Part shown: piece by piece, positions 21,174 to 31,685 of the stretch
Layout: each line of letters begins with the position of its first letter
Numbering within the stretch: position 1 is the stretch's first letter
NCBI GenBank assembly: GCA_011364965.1
Contig: RDOB01000002.1
Span: forward strand, 416,001 to 480,000
Direction: 5' to 3'
DNA: 64,000 nt
Source of the DNA: Candidatus Heimdallarchaeota archaeon
GTDB taxonomy: Archaea; Asgardarchaeota; Heimdallarchaeia; Hodarchaeales; Hodarchaeaceae
Made by a program: the position numbers and the translations under genes
Notes under the pieces: generated by a model
Seen by the model: the letters and a program-made list of their open reading frames with translations, nothing else
Told to the model about the DNA's origin: nothing
Databases searched by the model: none

Positions 21174-21796
21174 ACAAAGGAAGAAAAATATTTATTCCAC
21201 GGGTACCAATTTTTCTTCTTTTTTCGGTCTATTTTTTTCAAGTATTTGGAGTTCACTCTGAATTTCTTGATATTTCTCTGCGCTAAATTTTCTCCTCTAA
21301 ATTCAACAAGTGTGTCTGCATGAGTTGTAAGTTTCGTTGCTAAGAAAAATCCGATTGTATTATTATCATCATTTTGAATATTATGAATGTGAGTGTTTCT
21401 TAAATAAATTGTATTTTCTACGTTGAAAGTCACATTTATTAGTGTTAATGCAATACTAGGGGAACTCGGAGAAGGTGGTTGATAGATTGTTGATTTCATA
21501 ATCATTTTATATGGAACTCTCAGAAGAAAACCGCTGATCAGTAATAAAATAATCTAAATCCCCCTAACAACCATTTATATTGCTACATTTCTAAATCTCT
21601 TTACTATAATGATCGCATTAACAATAAAATCCCAGTCTCGGTTTAAGCACCTATCTTTATTTAAAACCATTAAATTCCAGAATAAAAATTTAACATCAAA
21701 TAAACTCTTTAAATTCTTAATATTGCAATTGTTTAGCGATATTAGGGGAATTTAATTTCTTTTTGAACTTCAATCACTTAGTAAAAAGGGTTAATC

Positions 21797-22834
21797 TTGG
21801 AAAAATTTAAAAAAATGGACTCAATTGATGAAAAACTATATAATTGCCTTACTATTCCTGGAATGTCTGGACATGAAGGTCCAATTCGGAAATTTATACA
21901 AGAAGAATTATCAAACTATGGGGAGATTTATTTTGATAATCTAGGTTCAGTAATATGTAAAATATCAGGAACGAGGCCAACACGAATTAAATGGTATATA
22001 AGTGCTCATTTAGATACTTGTGGATTTATTGTTCATTCTATTCACAAAACTGGATATATAAACTGTATTTCATTTGGTTATAATAATCACGAAGTGTGTA
22101 ACGATCAACCTGTAAAAATTATTACTTCAAATGGTTCCGTTAATGGAATCATGAGAACTTCATTAGATAGGAATAAAAGAAAGATTTTCCAAATCGACAT
22201 TAATGCGAAAAAACCCGAAATTGTTAAAAAATTTGGAATTCTAGGGGGAGATCCTGTTCATTTTGCCAATGAACCATATTGGATTGGTAGTTCAGAGGAT
22301 GAAGTCATTTGTTCACCTCGATTAGATAATCGATTAGGCCTGTATGAGTTAATCTTATTAGCCCAAACTTTTCAGCATCGTCCTCCGGAGGATGACATCT
22401 TCTTAGTAGGAACTGTTGAAGAAGAAGTTGGGGGAAGAGGAGCACAAACTTCTGCGACAATGATCCAACCAGATATTGCATTGATATTAGATGCAACATA
22501 TGAAGAGGGTCCTGTTTCTATTAATAATGGCCCAGTAATCACCTTATCCGATGCTGCTGGCATTCTTCCAATAAAAATTCGAGATTATCTCCTAGATTTA
22601 GCTAAAAGAAATACAATCCCTATACAAACAGAGGTTTGGAATATTGGTCAAACTGATGCAGGAAGAGTTCGTATTGCAAATACTGGTATACCCACAATTC
22701 CGATTCTCACTGCTACTAAAAATAATCATTCTCCAAAAGAGATTGGATCAATCAAAGATTGTCGAGCTGTAGTACAATATATTGAACTTCTTGTTTCTAC
22801 AGGATCAGCATTACTAAATTTATTTCATCCATAA
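21797..22834 (+). CDS. M42 family (TET-like) metallo-aminopeptidase
   Basis: PGMSGHE, SAHLD, RLDNRLG, VEEEVG, HSP metal and catalytic residues. Confidence 0.88.
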   Translation: MEKFKKMDSIDEKLYNCLTIPGMSGHEGPIRKFIQEELSNYGEIYFDNLGSVICKISGTRPTRIKWYISAHLDTCGFIVHSIHKTGYINCISFGYNNHEVCNDQPVKIITSNGSVNGIMRTSLDRNKRKIFQIDINAKKPEIVKKFGILGGDPVHFANEPYWIGSSEDEVICSPRLDNRLGLYELILLAQTFQHRPPEDDIFLVGTVEEEVGGRGAQTSATMIQPDIALILDATYEEGPVSINNGPVITLSDAAGILPIKIRDYLLDLAKRNTIPIQTEVWNIGQTDAGRVRIANTGIPTIPILTATKNNHSPKEIGSIKDCRAVVQYIELLVSTGSALLNLFHP

Positions 22835-22837
22835 ATT

Positions 22838-23875
22838 TTGGTGATAATAATGAATCTTGAAGGAAAAACCGTACTATTTGCATGGAATGTTAACCAAAGA
22901 CTCAAATCCTATCTCGAAACAAAGTTGAGGGCTATCACAAATTTAAACTTAATTTTTCCTGATTCAATTGAGGATGAAGTACTCCTTGCAGTTGCTCCTT
23001 CAGTAGACATCATGGTTGGTTGGCGCGTAAAAGATGAAATAAAACTCGCTGCAAAGAAAATGAGGCTTTTTATTAATCCTGGGGTGGGTATTAAACATCA
23101 TATTGAATTCTTTAAGAAATTGAACGAAGAAAAAAGAGTATTATTAATTAATGGGCATGGAAATGCTTATTTTACAGCTCAACACACCGTGGCTTTGCTT
23201 CTCAGTTTTATGAACAAAATTATCCCTCATCATATCTGGATGACAGAAGGTAAATGGCGAATGGGGGATAATGAGGCTGTTTCAATTCCTCTGCGCTATC
23301 GAAAGATTGGTTTGTTAGGTTATGGGCATATAAATCAGCTAGTACATCAATTCCTCCAAGGTTTCAACGTTGAATTTGCAATTCTACGAAATGATTGGTC
23401 TAAACCGCCAATGGATTTTCCAACTCCTATTCAAAGATTCAATTCTTCGGAGTTGAATGAATTTTTGGATTGGAGTGATATTTTAATCATAGCTGTCCCT
23501 GAAACCACCTCAACTATCGGAATGATAGGAGCAAATGAAATTATGCGGTTAGGTGAAGATGGGATCCTAATCAATGTAAGTAGAGGTTCTATTGTTCAAG
23601 AAGCAGATCTGTTTACTGCATTAGAAAAAAGGATTATTGCTGGCGCAGGGATTGATGTTTGGTATAATTATTCACCAGAAGCTAATAATAACAAAAAAAA
23701 ATATCCATTTAGTTATCCATTTTATGAATTGGATAATATTGTCTTGTCTCCACACCGAGCTGCTTCACCTTTTAGTGATCTTGAACGTTGGGATGAAGTT
23801 ATAGAGAATATAAAACGATTTTGTCGTGGAGAAACTGAATTCCTCAATGTAGTTGATTTAGACCAAGAGTATTAA
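22838..23875 (+). CDS. D-isomer-specific 2-hydroxyacid dehydrogenase
   Basis: IGLLGYGHI, LINVSRGSIV, AGAGIDVW, VLSPHRA. Confidence 0.9.
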   Translation: MVIIMNLEGKTVLFAWNVNQRLKSYLETKLRAITNLNLIFPDSIEDEVLLAVAPSVDIMVGWRVKDEIKLAAKKMRLFINPGVGIKHHIEFFKKLNEEKRVLLINGHGNAYFTAQHTVALLLSFMNKIIPHHIWMTEGKWRMGDNEAVSIPLRYRKIGLLGYGHINQLVHQFLQGFNVEFAILRNDWSKPPMDFPTPIQRFNSSELNEFLDWSDILIIAVPETTSTIGMIGANEIMRLGEDGILINVSRGSIVQEADLFTALEKRIIAGAGIDVWYNYSPEANNNKKKYPFSYPFYELDNIVLSPHRAASPFSDLERWDEVIENIKRFCRGETEFLNVVDLDQEY

Positions 23876-23907
23876 ATTTTTTTAGTGGTTAAATCTAGGA
23901 ATTTTTT

Positions 23908-24336
23908 CTATTCTTTTATGAAATATCTCCCAAACCATATTAAAGCGAAAGTTCCACCAAGTAAACTTGCAAGATTAACTATTATACTTAAAGGGTCGTG
24001 TTGATAAACTCCATTTTGGATGTTGAATGTAGCATCGATTAATCCTAGGAATATTAATGCTCCCCCTGCTGCAGCTGCAAAGAACAATCCATATGATCGA
24101 TTCTTTAAAATTCCAAAAGCTGAAATTAATAATAGAATCACAATCCAAAAGTCTGCAATTGGAAAAGATGATTCGAAAATCATGTAAAATGAATAAAATT
24201 CGTCCGTTGGAGCATAAGATTTGAGAATCCCTGCAAACCAACCAATCCAAAATCCAATTAGGACAATTGCACCAATTATTTCAACATATGCTAAGTAATG
24301 ATCCTTATTAGAATATTCAATTTTCATTCTATTCAT
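23908..24336 (-). CDS. Hypothetical 4-TM membrane protein
   Basis: Four hydrophobic segments with FESSFPIAD motif; last gene of the SCP2-SDR-SDR operon. Confidence 0.7.
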   Translation of the reverse strand: MNRMKIEYSNKDHYLAYVEIIGAIVLIGFWIGWFAGILKSYAPTDEFYSFYMIFESSFPIADFWIVILLLISAFGILKNRSYGLFFAAAAGGALIFLGLIDATFNIQNGVYQHDPLSIIVNLASLLGGTFALIWFGRYFIKE

Positions 24337-24351
24337 ATCCTCTCTTATTTT

Positions 24352-25338
24352 CTAGTACCCATAAAACATTGCGATAATTTTAATTGATAACGTTTCCGAA
24401 AGAAGTCTTTTCATAGCTATAATACCATAAATCTGTAATTTTGAGCCTATTTTGTAATGTACTTTAGGATTTTTTGTTTTTAGGATTTTTTCCAGCTTTT
24501 TCGATACAATGAACGGAGGAGGGCTAATTATAAGATTTTCGATAATCGAATTCCAAGCAATCTGGGCATAATCATGGTAAGGACTTTCTTCCGCTACTGG
24601 AAAGGCCTCCTTCATTTCTTTTATGTCATCTGAATTATAATTAAGAGTAGTATGGTGAAGTGCAACTGTTTTAGCGTCGAATGTGGTATTAATATCTCCA
24701 GGACATAACACTGATATTTTGATGTTAAAAGGTTTTAATTCTATATATAAACTCTCTGTCCATCTGAGTATAGCTGCTTTACTTGCTGAATATATTGATT
24801 GAAAAGGAATAGCAACTATTCCTCCTAGTGAAGACGTATTAATAATTCTTCCGCTTTTTCTTTCACGCATGTAAGGAAGCAAAGCTTGTACTACTCTCAT
24901 TTGACCAAAAAAATTCACTTCAAACGAGTGACTGATCTGCTCATAACTCATTTCTTCTACAGGGCCGAAATATCCAATTCCTGCATTATTAACGAGTACA
25001 TGAATCCTCTCGGGATCAAATTCTGAAAAAGCAATCTTGATTGACTGTTCACTGGATACATCCATCGAAATAAATTCAATAGACTCTAAATATACATCAA
25101 GTTTTCTAAGAATAGATTTTGGGAGAAGAATCTTTCCTGCACTTAATTGAGTTTTATTTTTGTCCAAGTATTTAAACTGAGTATGATCGCGTATATATAT
25201 TTCTTTTAACTGCTCGAGATCGAGTTTATTTGCGTTCCGTGAAGTTCCAATCACTTTATTACCTTTCGAAGTCAGGTAAAGCGCATGAGAAAGCCCTAGT
25301 CCTGCGCTTGCCCCTGTAACAAGAATATCATCTGACAC
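24352..25338 (-). CDS. Short-chain dehydrogenase/reductase with an N-terminal insertion
   Basis: TGASAGLG, LVNNAG, YSASK, CPGDINT. Confidence 0.9.
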   Translation of the reverse strand: MSDDILVTGASAGLGLSHALYLTSKGNKVIGTSRNANKLDLEQLKEIYIRDHTQFKYLDKNKTQLSAGKILLPKSILRKLDVYLESIEFISMDVSSEQSIKIAFSEFDPERIHVLVNNAGIGYFGPVEEMSYEQISHSFEVNFFGQMRVVQALLPYMRERKSGRIINTSSLGGIVAIPFQSIYSASKAAILRWTESLYIELKPFNIKISVLCPGDINTTFDAKTVALHHTTLNYNSDDIKEMKEAFPVAEESPYHDYAQIAWNSIIENLIISPPPFIVSKKLEKILKTKNPKVHYKIGSKLQIYGIIAMKRLLSETLSIKIIAMFYGY

Positions 25339-25343
25339 TTATG

Positions 25344-26225
25344 TCACTCCTTCTTCTTGAAATCCTCTAGGTTATATCTTTTCCATGGTCGTGTAAAAGG
25401 TATGTCAGGAAGATTTTCCTCATGAGTCATTTCACGTTCGAAGTAGTAGTTATATGAGGTTTCTCCAACTAGATGCATACCCCCTGTCACAGGGATTTCA
25501 GCTCCTGTAATCCACTCGGAAAGATCCGAAACGAGGAACAATACCGCTTTAGCTACATCCGAGGGATGTCCGATCCGACCCCGTGGAATTTGACGTAAAA
25601 TGGCCTGAGCTAGTTCAGGTAGTTCTAAAACTTCTTTCATCATTGGAGTATCAATAGCAGCTGGTCGAATTGTATTAACATTGATGCCATAGGGAGCTAA
25701 TTCCAAAGCAATAGCTCGAGTTAACCCAGAGATAGCTGCTTTACTTACAGCATAAGATGATAGTCCCGCAACTGGAATTTGATCATTTATACTTGAAATA
25801 TTTACAATTCTTCCTTTAATATTATATTCAACCATTTTTTTAGCAACTTCGAGGCACATTAGATGAGTTCCTTTGACATTGGTTTGGATTGTCCAATCCC
25901 ATTCCTCCTCTATTAATTCTAGATAGCTAGATAATCCACTAACACCAGCACAATTGACTAGAATGTCGATCCGTTGAAATTCATTATGAGTCTTAGAAAT
26001 AACATTCTCTACATCTAGATTATTAGAGATATCAGCTTGTATGAATAAAGCATCATTTCCCTCTTGCTGTAGTTTTTGAGCGAAAATTCTTCCTGACTCC
26101 TCCTCAAGATCCACAATTACATTTCTTATATTTAATTGAGAAAATAGTTTTACAACCGCTTTTCCAATGCCTGAAGCCCCTCCTGTTACAATTGCTACCT
26201 TATTTGAAAGATTAAAGAGATCCAT
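25344..26225 (-). CDS. Short-chain dehydrogenase/reductase (FabG-like)
   Basis: TGGASGIG, LVNCAG, YAVSK, ELAPYGINVN. Confidence 0.92.
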   Translation of the reverse strand: MDLFNLSNKVAIVTGGASGIGKAVVKLFSQLNIRNVIVDLEEESGRIFAQKLQQEGNDALFIQADISNNLDVENVISKTHNEFQRIDILVNCAGVSGLSSYLELIEEEWDWTIQTNVKGTHLMCLEVAKKMVEYNIKGRIVNISSINDQIPVAGLSSYAVSKAAISGLTRAIALELAPYGINVNTIRPAAIDTPMMKEVLELPELAQAILRQIPRGRIGHPSDVAKAVLFLVSDLSEWITGAEIPVTGGMHLVGETSYNYYFEREMTHEENLPDIPFTRPWKRYNLEDFKKKE

Positions 26226-26231
26226 GAATAA

Positions 26232-26666
26232 TCAATCCTGCATTGTCGAGTATTCTGCATAATCCCCATGAAATTCAACTGGTATACTAGCTAGAATTTG
26301 AATCCATTTGACCGTGCTATCTGAAGATCGAAGCAATTTCACTAAGCTTCCTTTTTTTAATTTAATCTTCCGCATTGTCAAAGCTTTGGTAGCTGAAAGC
26401 TCCTGACGTAAGATTCTGACCCATTGTCCGTATTTACCTGTAATTACAAATTCAGTGTCTCGTTCTCCTTCCCAAATCTCTTCAATAACTCCATTATTTT
26501 CTATGTATCCAATCCGAATATATTCTGTGACATCCTTATCTGGCTCAGGTTCCAAAATGAATGTGAAGGACTTTCTTCCCTCATTTTTAGCCATTTCCAA
26601 ATATTCACTATCTGCATTTGTGCGATTTTGAATCTCAAGTAAGTGTTCTTTGCTTCCTATTATCAT
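26232..26666 (-). CDS. SCP2 sterol/lipid-binding domain protein
   Basis: FVITGKYGQWVRILRQELSATKALTMRKIKLKKGSLVKL is the typical archaeal SCP2 pattern. Confidence 0.8.
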   Translation of the reverse strand: MIIGSKEHLLEIQNRTNADSEYLEMAKNEGRKSFTFILEPEPDKDVTEYIRIGYIENNGVIEEIWEGERDTEFVITGKYGQWVRILRQELSATKALTMRKIKLKKGSLVKLLRSSDSTVKWIQILASIPVEFHGDYAEYSTMQD

Positions 26667-26741
26667 AAGCTATACTCTCCAAGTGTGAAACCAATTTTCT
26701 AGGTTAAATTTTGGGAAGAATTTTAAGTGATTTGATCAAAA

Positions 26742-27109
26742 ATTGTTCCCTTATTACTTCGGAATGACTATAAAGATGATTCAATTCTGTTCAAAATGCG
26801 TTGGTTACGATGAATAACGCGATCACTGAGATCTACGGCATGAGTATTGATAATTTCTTAGTCAAAGAATCACTCGACCATGGTAATTACGTCTTGGGGT
26901 ATACTGCTTCATTACTTTATGTTATGAACGGATTAGCAATTGCTGTGCTAGTGAAGGATCCATTGTCAAGGAAAAAGCAAGAGCTTTTGAAAAAAAATTG
27001 CAATGTGGCTTCTATTCCATGTTTTTACGGAAAATTCGTCGAAGAATTAATAAACAATCATTCTACTATTCCTTCTGACATTGATGTCATAACAGTATTA
27101 TCGGAGTAA
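26742..27109 (+). pseudogene. Possible frameshifted remnant of a longin-like small protein
   Basis: An upstream frame reads IVPLLLRNDYKDDSILF and joins by frameshift to (N)ALVTMNNAITEIYGMSIDNFLVK of ORF 26801..27109. Confidence 0.3.
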
Positions 27110-27243
27110 AACTAGTTTGATATTAGAGATTTTACTAAATATGGTCCAAAACCTCTAATATTATAAATAGCATTAGAATTTAAACTGTTATCATTAGAAA
27201 TAAGTAAAGAGCTCGAAATCTCGTAGCTACTAAGAAGAAATTC

Positions 27244-28497
27244 TTAGAGGTATTTCGCACCAAAGGCTTTTAAAGCATCTTTGAACATATCATAGGGAGC
27301 AGCTGTTAAACCAGCACCAATCTGTCCAATCCCAGCCTCTTTGTGGGCAATCCCAGTATTTATTAAGGGAGTTTCATCAAGTTCAACGACTTTTCGAATA
27401 TCTATTCCTACAGGAGTTCCCTTAAAGTCAAGACTTGGGATAGTGAAGATGGAGCTAGTACCTGCTGAAATTTCGTACATTCTACGAGTTCGTAAAGTTG
27501 CTTCTCTCGCACTACCTCCTACAAATGAAACTATGGCAGGTGAAGCTGCCATAGCAAATCCTCCGATTCCAATCACTTCTGAGATTGTTGAGTCACCAAG
27601 ATCTGGGCACGCGTCTTTTTCTGAGTAGCCTGGAAAGTAAAGACCTTCAACTATTGAGGCAGGGGAGGTGAACCATTCCCTTCCTAAACTTGAGACCTGT
27701 ATTCCAATATCAGTCCCATTTCGGGCCATTGCAACTACTAATGAGCAATAATCTATATCTCGTGCAGCATCTGCAATTAATTTGGAATGAGGCATAGAGA
27801 GATTTAAATGAAATATATCCGCATTTTTTTTAATGAACAGGAAAACTTCTTTCGCAATTTCATTGTTTGTCGTATCTAGCATATGTGGAGTGAGTTCACT
27901 AAGAAACAGATAGCTACCAGATCGATTTCGGTTATGTCCCTCATCACCCATATGCAGAGATTCTGCAATAATAGTTTTAATGTTGATTCCGTCTGAATGC
28001 TTTATTGCTTTTTTTAGAGTTGGAGCTAAAACTGACTTCATCCAATTTAGGCGATCAAGAACCTCTTTGTTCCATCCTCCAAATCTAAGAACTCGTCCCC
28101 TTCCTTCATTTAATGTACAGTAAGCTTTTTTACCTGTTAATTCATCTTCTAATACAAAAACAGGTTGATGTGGGGATGTAATTCCTGTCATAGGACCTAC
28201 TGTATCATGATCATGATTACAATCAAATTTAATCTCACCTGAAGCTGCTATTTCATATCCTTCAGTAAGATCGGCTGCTAAGCCCTCATAAACCAAAATT
28301 CCTGCAATAGCTCCTTGTGTTGGTCCACACATTCTCTCCCATTCAATTGGGGGCCCTGCATGAAGGATTGTTTTATTATCCATCCCTGGAATGATATTCT
28401 TTGCTTCTAATTCTATATCTATTAAAATTGGTTGTACAGAAGCCATCCTTTCTAATGCTTTTTTATTAGCTGTATCGATGTATTCTTTTATATTCAT
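27244..28497 (-). CDS. allG: DUF1116 / YlbE (AllG) family protein
   Basis: ILHAGPPIEW, VGPMTG, NEGRGRVLRFG, MGDEGHNRN, MARNG, DLGDS, INTGIAHKEAGIGQIGAG. Confidence 0.9.
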   Translation of the reverse strand: MNIKEYIDTANKKALERMASVQPILIDIELEAKNIIPGMDNKTILHAGPPIEWERMCGPTQGAIAGILVYEGLAADLTEGYEIAASGEIKFDCNHDHDTVGPMTGITSPHQPVFVLEDELTGKKAYCTLNEGRGRVLRFGGWNKEVLDRLNWMKSVLAPTLKKAIKHSDGINIKTIIAESLHMGDEGHNRNRSGSYLFLSELTPHMLDTTNNEIAKEVFLFIKKNADIFHLNLSMPHSKLIADAARDIDYCSLVVAMARNGTDIGIQVSSLGREWFTSPASIVEGLYFPGYSEKDACPDLGDSTISEVIGIGGFAMAASPAIVSFVGGSAREATLRTRRMYEISAGTSSIFTIPSLDFKGTPVGIDIRKVVELDETPLINTGIAHKEAGIGQIGAGLTAAPYDMFKDALKAFGAKYL

Positions 28498-28509
28498 GAT
28501 GTTTCCCTT

Positions 28510-28683
28510 TTATAGAAGCCTATCCAACAATTTAATCGTCTCAATATCTCCTTGAGCAGGGGGTTTCCAGTCAATATGAACCACCTTAATTCCCTGAGTT
28601 TCAGAAGCTTCATAAAATGATCTTAATCCAATATTTATAACTTTTGGACCTTCAGAAAGCAGATCATTCATATTCGATTTCAT
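28510..28683 (-). CDS. Stand-alone 57-aa FdrA C-terminal / YahG N-terminal domain, absent from the ORF track
   Basis: MKSNMNDLLSEGPKVINIGLRSFYEASETQGIKVVHIDWKPPAQGDIETIKLLDRLL; VINIGLRSF and WxPPAxG motifs; 18- and 12-nt gaps to its neighbours. Confidence 0.85.
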   Translation of the reverse strand: MKSNMNDLLSEGPKVINIGLRSFYEASETQGIKVVHIDWKPPAQGDIETIKLLDRLL

Positions 28684-28701
28684 GATTATGTTTCATTCCT
28701 A

Positions 28702-30249
28702 TTACTCTATTTTTAAAACGAATAGTGCCGCTAATTTTGCCATTTGAGCATTTGTTGGCATAATTATTACTCCCCATTGCTCAAGCTGTTCAATGGATGA
28801 TTTATAATCTTGTGGATCAAGTTCTGTTCCACATACATGACAGATTATGGGCATAGGTCTTCCAATTTTTATCCATTCATTAAAGGCTAGTTTCATATCA
28901 GAAATTGGATCAGGATGTGAACCGTAACCTAATACAAAGTCCAAGAGAATAATACCTACCTCTGGATCGCGAATTTCGCGTAAAAACCTTTTCGTTCTTT
29001 CAAATTGGTCAATCATTGGATGGGGTTTTCCACTTGTAAACTCATCATCTCCCATATCAATGAGTGTATGGCCTTGGCTTTTCCTAGGATTCGGGATTAA
29101 ATGAGTTCCCTCTAGATGAACATTTGTCCATAAAGTGTGTGTTTTTGGTAAGATTTCAGATATAATCATTGCTGCCTCATAAGTGAACGTTCCCCCTGCG
29201 AATAATCCCCTGATATACCTACCCTTTAGCTTCTGGAATTGCATCTGAGATAGAATAGCATGTATGTTATCAGTGGAGCTTTGTTTAATTTTTAATTCCT
29301 TTTTTCTGAAATATGCAGCAGCAGTTAATGCTGCTTCTTCTAATGTTGTTACAGTAATGCTTTTTCCTTCATGATCAAAATATCCTGCCTTTTTACCCAA
29401 AAAATTGATTATTACAGGCTTAGAACTGATCTTGATTCTTTCAAGCACTTTAGTTAGGGTTTTTGTTTCAGGGGGTTTCGAAATTAAAATTATCAATTCA
29501 ATTGATGGATCTTTTTCCAGAGCTTCAATTCCATCAAGCATCGTGATTCCCCCGATTATATCTTTTACATCACGTGATCCTGTACCTATTGCATGAGTTA
29601 CTCCAATTCCTTGTTTATGACAAAGAACACAGATTTCCTGAGTTCCAGTACCTGAAGCAGCAACAAGTCCTATGGGTCCTGGTTTTACATTATTGGCAAA
29701 TCCTAATCCTATCCCTTTAATTATAGCTGTTCCTGCATCGGGTCCCATTATAATCAGATTTTTTTCATGAGCTCGAGTTTTAATACGGAGCTCATCTTCA
29801 ATTGAGACATTATCTGAAAATACCAAAACATTGAGGTTCTTATCGAGGGCTTTATTCACCTCCCGGGCAGCATACATCCCTGGAACTGAAATCAGAGCTA
29901 AATTAGCTTCAGGTAAATCAGTTAATGCTCCTTCTATTGATCTATAATTCGTTGCTTCATCAATTGAGGATACCACTTCCTTATTCAGTAATTCAATCAC
30001 GAAATTAATAGCATTTTGAACTTCATCGTGAGATTTTCCTTTAATTGCTATAATAATATCATTAGGACCGGCATTTTGAGCTAAAGAAGTTAGCAATCTC
30101 GCTTCTTCCAGAAGTGGTTTGTTTTGTGGTGTTCCCATTAGTACAGATGCCATCTCAATGCCCTCCATCCTACTAGCTTGTGATGCAGCTTGCATTAATT
30201 GGACTGAATCGCGATATTTTTGTTTAATTATATGAGTTTGAACAACCAA
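28702..30249 (-). CDS. fdrA: FdrA (AllF) acyl-CoA-synthetase-like protein
   Basis: YRDSVQLM, MGTPQNK, ALISVPG, FSDNV, MGPDAGTA, ASGTGTQE, LISKPP, PHPMID, LDFVLGYGSHPDP. Confidence 0.92.
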   Translation of the reverse strand: MVVQTHIIKQKYRDSVQLMQAASQASRMEGIEMASVLMGTPQNKPLLEEARLLTSLAQNAGPNDIIIAIKGKSHDEVQNAINFVIELLNKEVVSSIDEATNYRSIEGALTDLPEANLALISVPGMYAAREVNKALDKNLNVLVFSDNVSIEDELRIKTRAHEKNLIIMGPDAGTAIIKGIGLGFANNVKPGPIGLVAASGTGTQEICVLCHKQGIGVTHAIGTGSRDVKDIIGGITMLDGIEALEKDPSIELIILISKPPETKTLTKVLERIKISSKPVIINFLGKKAGYFDHEGKSITVTTLEEAALTAAAYFRKKELKIKQSSTDNIHAILSQMQFQKLKGRYIRGLFAGGTFTYEAAMIISEILPKTHTLWTNVHLEGTHLIPNPRKSQGHTLIDMGDDEFTSGKPHPMIDQFERTKRFLREIRDPEVGIILLDFVLGYGSHPDPISDMKLAFNEWIKIGRPMPIICHVCGTELDPQDYKSSIEQLEQWGVIIMPTNAQMAKLAALFVLKIE

Positions 30250-30270
30250 ACTTTAACACACTCAAATTAG

Positions 30271-31518
30271 TTATTCAAATACTTTTTCTTCTTCAAATTC
30301 AGCGCCAACAGCATCTGGCTCGATATCCCGGGGAATATTTTCCTTACGAGTTTTGAATTCCCGATAAAATTCATGCTGAATTAATAGGTTCATAATCTCG
30401 TTCGTGCCAGTCCAGATCGACATTAACCTAACATCACGGAGTAGTCTTTCAATGGGGTACACATTTGTGTATCCAATTCCCCCCATAATTTGAAGAGCGT
30501 GGTTAATAATTTCCCATGCTGAATCTGTTGCAAATTTTTTTGACTCTGAGACTAACCGACGTATTGTCCCATTTGTTAAGCCCGAATTTGCATCGATGTG
30601 TCTTGCTGTAGTATACACAAGACTTCTAGCTGCATCTAATTGAGTTATACCTTCCGCAATTTTGAAATTTACCCCTTGAAATTTTTGAATGGGTCGACCA
30701 AAAGCTTTTCTTCGGGTACTATATTTTGTAGCAACCTCAAGACCAGCACGAGCACTTCCGAGCGCTCCAGCAGCAGATGTCATTCTTTCAGGGATCATCA
30801 TTTGATTAAAAATTTCTCCTCCTTGATTAATGTCTCCAATTAAATTTTGTTCCGGAACTTCAACATTCTCAAATACTAATCTGCCAGTGCCTCCTCCTCT
30901 TGACCCCATCAATCCATAAACATGTTTAGTCTGAACTCCTTGTGTTCTCTCAACAATAAATGTACTAATAGACTGTCTTGGGTCACTAGCGTGAAGATCT
31001 GTTTTAGCGTAGACTAAGAAGACATCTGCGCCTTCGGAACCTACAACAAATCGTTTCTGGCCATTTAAAATATAAATATCTCCTTCCTTAACTGCAGTAC
31101 AAGTTGCTCCAAAAAAATCTGATCCCCCTCGCGGTTCAGTCAGAGCTTCTGCACAGAACATTTTCCCTTGAAGAATTGGTTTGAGATATTCATTTTTTTG
31201 GTTTCGTGTTCCAAAACAGTGTAGGGCCTCCCCAACAATGCTTGGAAGGGAATATAGACATCCAAGAGCAGGTCCTAATACCCCAATCTCTTCGATTGCA
31301 GCCACTTCTGCTATCCATGATAAATTACTCCCCTTAAACTCCGGATCAAATCTTAAACCTAATAATCCTTTTTCTCCTAAATTTTTTACATAATCTGTGG
31401 GATATTGAATTTCATCTTGGTCCATCTGACGTAATAGACTTGGTTTTATTGATTTTACGAACTCTCGAGTTTTGAACTTAATCTCAAGTTCTTTTTCAGA
31501 CAATAATACATCAAACAT
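30271..31518 (-). CDS. Acyl-CoA dehydrogenase
   Basis: EALTEPRGGSD, LNGQKRFV, RKAFGRPI, QIMGGIGY, IERLLRD, WTGTNEI. Confidence 0.95.
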   Translation of the reverse strand: MFDVLLSEKELEIKFKTREFVKSIKPSLLRQMDQDEIQYPTDYVKNLGEKGLLGLRFDPEFKGSNLSWIAEVAAIEEIGVLGPALGCLYSLPSIVGEALHCFGTRNQKNEYLKPILQGKMFCAEALTEPRGGSDFFGATCTAVKEGDIYILNGQKRFVVGSEGADVFLVYAKTDLHASDPRQSISTFIVERTQGVQTKHVYGLMGSRGGGTGRLVFENVEVPEQNLIGDINQGGEIFNQMMIPERMTSAAGALGSARAGLEVATKYSTRRKAFGRPIQKFQGVNFKIAEGITQLDAARSLVYTTARHIDANSGLTNGTIRRLVSESKKFATDSAWEIINHALQIMGGIGYTNVYPIERLLRDVRLMSIWTGTNEIMNLLIQHEFYREFKTRKENIPRDIEPDAVGAEFEEEKVFE

Positions 31519-31685
31519 TCAGATCAAACCTATATTTTCTATTCGATAGTGATACTTGGATTGTTATAAAAGCTGAGAGTGATACAAAAAATGATAGATT
31601 ATATATTTTCTCTGAAAGCATATAAGGACGAAAATTTTCTATTTTAATACAATTCAAAATGCTTCCAGATTTGAGGAAATTCACC

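Noticed and set aside
21170-21505. 111-aa minus-strand ORF
   Set aside because: No recognisable motif or RBS and a low-complexity Lys tail from a T-rich terminator region; may be a remnant but cannot be supported
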